Assembly: GCA_023264155.1 (NCBI GenBank)
Contig: JALQTD010000001.1
Coordinates: 3,335 to 67,334 of the forward strand
From: Flavobacteriales bacterium
GTDB lineage: Bacteria; Bacteroidota; Bacteroidia; Flavobacteriales_D; Sanyastnellaceae
DNA: 64,000 nucleotides
Direction of reading: 5' to 3'
Made by a program: the position numbers and the translations under genes. Each line of letters opens with the position of its first letter. Position 1 is the stretch's first letter. The notes under the pieces were generated by a model that was not told the DNA's origin, did no database searches, and worked only from the letters and a program-made list of their open reading frames with translations. Below are positions 58,901 through 64,000 of this stretch, one piece after another.

Positions 58901-59116
58901 GTAGGCGGATTGCCCGACATCTACCAGCAACCCACGCCGGCGATGGACGTGACGTTGACGAAAAACATCGGCGAACACTTCGGCGTGCGGTTCCGCGCCC
59001 GCAACCTGATCAACCCCGTGGACCGCAAAACGTACACGTTCCAAGGCGTTTCATACGATTGGCTGGCCAACACCTCCGGCCGCAACTTTGCCCTGACCCT
59101 TTCATACCGGATCTAA
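55904..59116 (+). CDS. TonB-dependent receptor (1070 aa) with carboxypeptidase-regulatory-like N-domain
   Basis: Signal peptide MQRFVLFALTLIATSLFSATYAQ, a GIIRGVIADGTTGETLIGANVII... domain, plug (VFVRGLSDRY) and a barrel ending ALTLSYRI. Confidence 0.85.
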   Translation: MQRFVLFALTLIATSLFSATYAQGIIRGVIADGTTGETLIGANVIIRDPYKGAMADLDGRYSLEGLAPGTYEVVGSFIGYVPVTETVTVVGDETQIVNFNLVMETFVIEQAAEVVAKVDRSRDVYMENIRKKNAASIDYISSQQIRQTGDSDAASAMRRIPGVSTVGNFVFVRGLSDRYIKTTLNGAEVPSINPRRNTIEMDIFPTTLVDNLVVVKSATSNLPGDWSGAYLNVVTKDFPETFLFNYSTTLGFNTQSTFRDIISSQRSSTDWLGFDDGLRGLPDAVDGVTGDTWPSMDMPCFYEGLVHMGYAEDLSAMGINDCTDIGAGNPISSVVNALGVSIDSLEQYGMVPLSIEQNAGLTAVGQSFSNTWENTRRVAPLDMTHSLSFGNQTKLFGRDLGYVFGLQYKMNSRYYSNGEYARYNAGNLENSNGMQLLRQFNDEKSTETVYWNMLLNLSYKVNEFNKVSLMAMPNVTGQNSSRYLVGINPSDTDEMQEQRTQRYEQRRLNIYQLRGEHYLPASEGQIAWTASYSEGRMETPDMKVFYNNFSERITPIDSLASFVTADGTDVTADALERINEMVSDGVLPSDWANDPEAAVAALANQGVLVDSWDIPLNIDTVYSINTALYPSPTRYFRELNESKLDVKVNYSVPLFEDREWPTKFSAGLSYVQTKVSHAENTFGMTQNGTVFDGDVSAMFAPENMVIARGGDFVSTLLLTDLVNSYKGTMNVAGAYALLDHTVSERFRVNAGLRLETTDMNIRSTKLDLVDDLTPQEAARLEGGLNEVDWMPSLNLTYALGQIDPIKITNLRFAYSRSIARPVFREKSPFRGFDFETLEVLKGNPLLDETKIDNFDLRIEHYPALGEVLSASIFFKRFTDPIEQTTVLEAVNTEYTWSNVPYANVFGLEFEGRKGLGSVHEALSPFTLSANVTFIRSRAVIFEEELNVIRNTDPMHPDTRPLFGQSPYIINAMLAYQNDSLDFNASIAFNVQGEKLVLATVGGLPDIYQQPTPAMDVTLTKNIGEHFGVRFRARNLINPVDRKTYTFQGVSYDWLANTSGRNFALTLSYRI

Positions 59117-59117
59117 C

Positions 59118-60122
59118 ATGAACCCCATGCGCAATACCATTCTGCTGCTGGCCGCAACGGCCGCGTTCGCCTCGTGCACGAAGTACGAGCAGAACGGCTC
59201 CCTCATTCACTTCCGCTCTCCGGAGAAGCGGATCCAAGGCACGTGGACGTCCGTTCGGGTGCAGGAAGTGGGCGACGAATCGAATGCGAACGTCACCGAA
59301 CTCATGGGTTCGAACAACCTGCGGCTCGAAATGACGTTCCGAGATGACGCCACGGTCACCATCGCGAACCTCGGAGAAGAACTCGTCTACGAAGGCGACT
59401 ACCTGTTCAACGAAGACCACAGCGTGTTGCAACTCAATGTCGTGAGCAACAAGACCCTCGGTCCCTTCTTGTGGGATGCCGACAGCACCGATTACACCGA
59501 CGACGTCGCGGAATGGGCCGGTCACTTGCTCGAAGCAGATACGTTCTTCTTCTCGGCGGGCACGTACGAGGACATCACTGCTGCGACATGGCCCTATGCC
59601 ATCCAGTTGATGTCTGCCTACACCCAATGGACCCTGACCGGGGGCACGTGGGGCGGCTACGAAGTCGGCGACGACGTAACGGTCAACGTGGTGAACTTCA
59701 TTGAAGATTTCGTGAACGACGGCATCGTGGAATCGGCCGATGACACGGATGCCATTTCACAAGCCATGCTGGACATTTACGGCATTTCCGTCGCCTTCGA
59801 GCAGGTGGAAGCCCAAGTAACCGGCTGGAACGACCCCAACTTGGAAGCCCTGCTGTTGAGCGAATTCGGCATCGCTGCCGATCTGTTCACCGGGGTGTTC
59901 GCTTCGGAACTGACCGATGCCGCGGTGTTGGACTGGGTGGCGGCGAACGAAGGCATCGCACTGACCGTCGCTTACCCCGAGGAAACGAAGCTGCTGAACG
60001 TTTACTGGAAGATCCTCGAGTTGGAGTTGGACGACATGCAGGCGTACCAGTTCCGCGAGTACGACGGCGAGGACTTGTACGACTATTCCTACTTGCTGCG
60101 GTTTGAGCAAACGGCGGATTGA
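59118..60122 (+). CDS. Hypothetical lipoprotein (lipocalin-like N-terminal part), partner of the upstream receptor
   Basis: Lipobox AAFASC. IQGTWTSVRVQEV... resembles lipocalin-like domains. The rest is acidic. Starts 1 nt after the receptor stop. Confidence 0.65.
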   Translation: MNPMRNTILLLAATAAFASCTKYEQNGSLIHFRSPEKRIQGTWTSVRVQEVGDESNANVTELMGSNNLRLEMTFRDDATVTIANLGEELVYEGDYLFNEDHSVLQLNVVSNKTLGPFLWDADSTDYTDDVAEWAGHLLEADTFFFSAGTYEDITAATWPYAIQLMSAYTQWTLTGGTWGGYEVGDDVTVNVVNFIEDFVNDGIVESADDTDAISQAMLDIYGISVAFEQVEAQVTGWNDPNLEALLLSEFGIAADLFTGVFASELTDAAVLDWVAANEGIALTVAYPEETKLLNVYWKILELELDDMQAYQFREYDGEDLYDYSYLLRFEQTAD

Positions 60123-60141
60123 TCAGACCAAATCCCGCATC

Positions 60142-60173
60142 AAAAAAAGGGCCTCCGCACGGAGGCCCTTTTT
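60142..60173. terminator. Bidirectional intrinsic terminator between convergent genes 59118-60122 (+) and 60192-61406 (-)
   Basis: A7-GGGCCTCCG-CA-CGGAGGCCC-T5. Confidence 0.8.
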
Positions 60174-60191
60174 CATTTCAGGCTGCCCCGA

Positions 60192-61406
60192 TCAATCCCG
60201 TTCTGGCCAGGCCAAACGTTTCCGGGTTGAACCGTCTTCCATGCCTTCGATGATCACACCTGCCGCATCAACCCCGTCCATCAGCGCACGGCCTGTCGCA
60301 TCCCACCGCCGAACCACCTGCGCACTGGATCCCGCTGCGTGGTTGCCGACCTGGTTCGTCATGCGGATGTCCATGGCGATGGCCACGGGGCTGATTCCGG
60401 TTTCAAACGACGCGATTTCAGCCCCATCGGCAGCGAAGATGTGCATTTGGCCGTAGCTGAACCAATCGGTTTCGGAGGCATAGATTTGGCCTGAAAGCGG
60501 GTCCTCCTCCATCGCATAGAAGCCGATGCTCGTCGCCAACAACGGCAGCTCGGGGCTCAAGTCCGCCAATTGCGCAGTGCGCACCTCCGACTCGCCCGAC
60601 ACCTGGAACGCCAACTTCTCCCCTACCAGGGCCGCCGCCATGCAGCCCGATGCTGACGCATCCACCACGTTGGTCAGCACTTCGCCTCCGACCGCATCGA
60701 GGCGGCTCAAGCTCGTCGCCGACCAATCGCCGTTGTTCACTGCATACAGGACGCCCTCACGCTCCAACAAGTGGACGGGATTTTTTCCCTCCGGTCCGAG
60801 GTCGTACTCCACGTAGTTCCCGGTGCTCGGCGTGAAGCGGCCGATCAGGCCCACCTCGTTGCCGAAGTCGAAGGCATTACCGACCGCCACAAATACGTCT
60901 TCCCCCACACTCACCACGCCTTCACACGCATACTGCGGCCCCTCGGCGGTTCCCAATGCTCCTTGCCAGGTGAGCGTTTCCGCATCCAGCCAAACCAAGT
61001 AAGCGTCAAACACCACGGGCTCCCAATTCACCGCATCGAACTCACCCCGGGTCACAAACAGCTCCCCTTCGTGCAAGGCCAGCTGGCGCGCGCCTGCCAT
61101 TTCGAAGGTAGCCAACAACTCCCCCGAATCGCGGTCAAAGCGCATGACCCCCTGCTCGGTCGAAACGAACACACCCAGTTCTGAAACCACCACGTCAGTT
61201 GCAAAAGCGGCCTCCGGCATTTCCGCAATGACCTCGTACGCCATCGAAGTGGGATCGAATCGCCCCAAGGTGACCGGCTCAACAAGCCCCGCGGCAGAGG
61301 CATGCCCTTCGTTCAACACCCAAACCCCGTGCAACGTGGCTTGGCCCCATGCACAGGTCCCCATCACCAGGGCCATTCCAAAAGCGAAAACTCTCATGTG
61401 AAACAT
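60192..61406 (-). CDS. Hypothetical secreted beta-propeller-like (YncE/DUF5074-like) cell-surface protein
   Basis: Signal peptide MFHMRVFAFGMALVMGTCAWGQ, GVWVLNEG at the mature N-terminus and repeated beta-strand blocks. A possible degenerate T9SS CTD is at the end. ATG 61406 lies 6 nt after a TACTTTTG box. Confidence 0.6.
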   Translation of the reverse strand: MFHMRVFAFGMALVMGTCAWGQATLHGVWVLNEGHASAAGLVEPVTLGRFDPTSMAYEVIAEMPEAAFATDVVVSELGVFVSTEQGVMRFDRDSGELLATFEMAGARQLALHEGELFVTRGEFDAVNWEPVVFDAYLVWLDAETLTWQGALGTAEGPQYACEGVVSVGEDVFVAVGNAFDFGNEVGLIGRFTPSTGNYVEYDLGPEGKNPVHLLEREGVLYAVNNGDWSATSLSRLDAVGGEVLTNVVDASASGCMAAALVGEKLAFQVSGESEVRTAQLADLSPELPLLATSIGFYAMEEDPLSGQIYASETDWFSYGQMHIFAADGAEIASFETGISPVAIAMDIRMTNQVGNHAAGSSAQVVRRWDATGRALMDGVDAAGVIIEGMEDGSTRKRLAWPERD

Positions 61407-61412
61407 TTTCCG

Positions 61413-61420
61413 CAAAAGTA
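61413..61420 (-). promoter_or_regulatory. -7 box TACTTTTG, 6 nt before ATG 61406
   Basis: TACTTTTG-CGGAAA-ATG. Confidence 0.55.
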
Positions 61421-61462
61421 TCGACAAACCGCCCCCCGCCCCCCTTCGCATGTCGCGGCAAT

Positions 61463-61494
61463 AAAAAAAGGGGGACTGCGCGATGCAGTCCCCC
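61463..61494 (-). terminator. Intrinsic terminator after the giant repeat-protein gene
   Basis: The minus strand reads GGGGGACTGC-ATCGC-GCAGTCCCCC followed by T7. Confidence 0.8.
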
Positions 61495-61522
61495 TTCGGT
61501 CAACCTGAAATTCAGGCGATTA

Positions 61523-64000
61523 TCAGTACATGGTGCCCCAAGCGAGGAGGAAGTTCAAGAGGTCTTGCGCTTGAACTTGGCCGTCGCCGTTGAAGTCAGG
61601 ACAGATGTCGTAAGTGCACGTTCCGTTGTCCAGCGTCGCCGTCTCATCGTAGTTGATGGCCGTCACATCGGTGCAACCGGTCCAGACACAGTCCCCACTG
61701 TCCACAGTCGCAGCAGCATCGTAGTTGGCCGCATTCGCATACGTACAACCGATGGCTTCGCAGTTCTCCGGAGCATCCTCACCTGCGCAGTAGTCCACCG
61801 CGTCGATCAGTTCATCCAATGGGATGGGCTCCACGTTGCAAGCACCTTGGATCCAGTCCAAACCTCCCCACTCCGGTCCCGTTTGGCCATAGGCCAACAA
61901 GAAGTCGAGCAAGTCTTGGTTTTGGACAATGCCATCCCCGTTGAAGTCAGCGTTCGTTGGAGAGTCAGAGCAAGAGCCATCATCCACCGTAGCCGTCTCG
62001 TCGTAGTTGCTGAACTCCACGTTCGTGCAGCCCAACCAGTAGCATGAGTTGTCCTCGATGGTGGCGTCAGCATCGTAGTTGTCTGCGGTGCTGTAGGTGC
62101 AACCTGCGCAGCTCGTGTAGTCACAGGCTCCCGCATCGGTCGCAGTTGCGTCGTAGTTGCACGCACCTTCCTCCTGGCAACCCACAATCTCCAACTCGTT
62201 GCAGATGCCGTCGCCGTCATCATCGCCCAAGCAGTTGCCTTCGCAATCGAGGTAGGCCTCGGTTGGGTAGGTGCAGCTGCCGTCCTCATCGGTGGCGTCA
62301 GCGCTGTAGTTACAAGCCATCATGTCGGTGCAACCTGCTACTTCGAGTTCATCACAGATGAAGTCACCGTCTGCATCGTTCAGGCAGTTGCCTTCGCAAT
62401 CGAGGTAATCCTCAGCTGGGTAGGTGCAGCTGCCGTCTTCGTCCGTCGCGTCGGCGTTGTAGTTACACGCAGTCGCATCTTGGCAACCTGCGACCTCGAT
62501 TTCGTCACACACTCCGTCGCCGTCGGCATCGTTCAAGCAATTGCCCGCGCAATCGAGGTAGTCCTCGGCTGGGTAAGTGCAGCTGCCGTCTTCGTCCGTA
62601 GCGTCCGCGTTGTAGTTGCAAGCCGTAGCATCTTGGCAACCGGCAATTTCCAACTCATCGCATACACCATCGTTGTCCAAATCGTTCACGCAGTTGCCCG
62701 CGCAATCGAGGTAGCTTTCGGCTGGGTACTCGCATTGGCTGTTGTCCTCATCGGTAGCAGCTTCGTTGAAGTTGCAGGCATCCGTGTCTTGGCAGCCGGC
62801 CACTTCCAACTCATCGCATACACCGTCCATGTCGGCATCGTTCAAGCACGCCCCATCGCAATCGAGGTAGTCCTCAGCCGGGTAAGTGCAGTCTGCAGGA
62901 TCCGAGATGGTGTAGGCACCTGCTTCGTAGTTGCAAGCCGTCGCATCCATGCAACCCGCGCACGTTTCGTACTCGCAGCTGCCGTCCTCGTCCGTAGCCG
63001 CATCATCGAAGTTGCAAGCCAAAGCATCGGTGCAACCACCCACTTCGAACTCGTCGCAAACCCCATCACCGTCCGCATCGTTCAAGCAGTTGCCATCGCA
63101 ATCAAACGGAGCGGTTGGGTACGTGCAAGAGCCGTCTTCGATGTTCGCCAAGGGCTGGTAGTTGCAAGCCGTCTCATCCGTACAACCGGGGTACTCGTAG
63201 ATGCAAGAACCGTCATTGAAGTCAGCCGTAGGATCGAAGTTCACCGCAATGTCATCCGTGCAAGCGCACGTGCCGTTGATGAAGGAAACGTCCACGCGAT
63301 CGTCGTTCACTTGGTCGCCGTTCGGGAAGACTTGGGCCCGGAACGAACCGGAAACCTTACCATCGGTCGTCAACTGAGCGATGAGGATGCGGTGGTCAGC
63401 ACCGACCAAAGCATTCGTTGCGCTCGGCACCACGTAGTAGCCCGAACCAATCGCGTCGTTCACGATGAAGCTGTTTCCGGCTTCGAATTGGTCCACCCAC
63501 GCACCAGGAGCAGCAGCGATGTCCTCTTGGCCATCCGCAGCCACCGCTTGGCTCGTCAAATCAACCGTGAAGTACGAATCGTATTGCGCCATCGGATCAG
63601 CCTGCAACAAGAACGGCGTCAAGCCCTCAGAAGAGAAGCTTGCACCCGGGTGCTGGTAGAAGCTCGTCGTGGTGCTGAATTCGAATGGGAATTCCTCATC
63701 ACCAATGACCGCCGTCAACACATCCTCAGCGTTCGGCGTGTTGAAGTACACATGGTAAGTGGTCATGCCCGCCAAATCACCTTCCGTGTGCTCAGCAACC
63801 GCTTCGAAGTACAATGAGTAGCCCGCAATGCTGTACTCGTTGCCTTGGCAGCTGCAGTAGTCACACTCGGCCGGGTCAGTAGCCGTTGGCAAGTAGTTGC
63901 ACGCATCGACCTCTTGGCAACCCACGATTTCCAATTCATCGCAAACTCCGTCGCCGTCCACATCGTTGATGCACGCTTCGTCACAGTTCAGGTAGTCCTC
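61523..64000 (-). CDS. Giant Cys/Asp-rich extracellular repeat protein (TSP3-like Ca loops + CNY repeats + two EF-hand/dockerin-like segments); the 5' end lies outside the window
   Basis: The frame stays open to base 64000 (reverse strand reads EDYLNCDEACINDVDGDGVCDELEIVGCQ...). It holds 14 CNY repeats, at least 6 compound ~51-aa units and the C-terminus CPDFNGDGQVQAQDLLNFLLAWGTMY. Confidence 0.8.
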   Translation of the reverse strand, partial: EDYLNCDEACINDVDGDGVCDELEIVGCQEVDACNYLPTATDPAECDYCSCQGNEYSIAGYSLYFEAVAEHTEGDLAGMTTYHVYFNTPNAEDVLTAVIGDEEFPFEFSTTTSFYQHPGASFSSEGLTPFLLQADPMAQYDSYFTVDLTSQAVAADGQEDIAAAPGAWVDQFEAGNSFIVNDAIGSGYYVVPSATNALVGADHRILIAQLTTDGKVSGSFRAQVFPNGDQVNDDRVDVSFINGTCACTDDIAVNFDPTADFNDGSCIYEYPGCTDETACNYQPLANIEDGSCTYPTAPFDCDGNCLNDADGDGVCDEFEVGGCTDALACNFDDAATDEDGSCEYETCAGCMDATACNYEAGAYTISDPADCTYPAEDYLDCDGACLNDADMDGVCDELEVAGCQDTDACNFNEAATDEDNSQCEYPAESYLDCAGNCVNDLDNDGVCDELEIAGCQDATACNYNADATDEDGSCTYPAEDYLDCAGNCLNDADGDGVCDEIEVAGCQDATACNYNADATDEDGSCTYPAEDYLDCEGNCLNDADGDFICDELEVAGCTDMMACNYSADATDEDGSCTYPTEAYLDCEGNCLGDDDGDGICNELEIVGCQEEGACNYDATATDAGACDYTSCAGCTYSTADNYDADATIEDNSCYWLGCTNVEFSNYDETATVDDGSCSDSPTNADFNGDGIVQNQDLLDFLLAYGQTGPEWGGLDWIQGACNVEPIPLDELIDAVDYCAGEDAPENCEAIGCTYANAANYDAAATVDSGDCVWTGCTDVTAINYDETATLDNGTCTYDICPDFNGDGQVQAQDLLNFLLAWGTMY
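62123..63121 (-). repeat. Six tandem compound units (~50-54 aa, ~150-160 nt) of TSP3-like Ca loop + CNY repeat (coding)
   Basis: The unit is YPAEDYLDC.GNCLNDADGDGVCDE.EVAGCQDATACNYNADATDEDGSCT. The adjacent units at nt 62573-62725 and 62420-62572 differ at 6 of 51 aa. Confidence 0.85.

Noticed and set aside
60192-60400. A T9SS C-terminal sorting domain in the propeller-like protein
   Set aside because: The last ~60 aa (…VVRRWDATGRALMDGVDAAGVIIEGMEDGSTRKRLAW…) only loosely resemble a CTD and lack the usual hydrophobic strand pattern, so I do not call it.
62123-63121. The regular ~150-nt periodicity, which might be mistaken for a CRISPR-like or satellite array
   Set aside because: The repeats are in-frame coding units of one long ORF. 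There are no unique spacers, no leader and no cas genes.

Overview
GC-rich (roughly 60% by eye, not computed) chromosomal segment from a Bacteroidota bacterium, probably a high-GC relative of Flavobacteriia. Supporting this: the bamD-rpoZ-coaBC-DUF4835-recN gene order, a SusC/SusD pair plus two more TonB-dependent receptors, T9SS-type C-terminal sorting domains, and TAnnTTTG promoter boxes. I call 48 protein-coding genes, two of them cut by the window edges. I found no rRNA, tRNA, CRISPR array, integrase, transposase or prophage genes. Bases 1-40,500 are mostly housekeeping and envelope genes: mpl, mntR-ZIP, sixA, pyrG, O-antigen ligase+GT2, ABC-F, paaE/paaABCD, truA, an Spt-like oxoamine synthase, the bamD-recN block, an Lhr-like helicase, patatin, dnaK and glycosylasparaginase. 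Bases 40,600-64,000 are an accessory cell-surface and uptake region. No classical novel system (defence island, toxin-antitoxin, retroelement) is recognisable. The best second-look candidates are four. (1) A family of very large secreted proteins built from a triplicated ~435-aa 'CDCPP' beta-helix-like module, a short Cys-bounded 'CNY...DDGSC' repeat, thrombospondin-type-3-like Ca loops and single EF-hand/dockerin-like C-termini that replace the T9SS sorting domain. (2) A window-wide promoter architecture in which the -7 box sits exactly 4 nt (sometimes 5-7 nt) before the start codon at about 19 transcription-unit starts, implying pervasive leaderless mRNAs. These include stop-codon-in-promoter and terminator-promoter fusions. 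(3) A MarR-centred SusC/SusD + BCCT + second TonB receptor locus with no degradative enzymes. (4) Several unusual single genes: a RIO-kinase-like hypothetical, a GNAT-DinB fusion, a Kazal-repeat T9SS cargo and a class-II-cytochrome-c-like lipoprotein. All family assignments are from motif recognition by eye; no database search was possible.
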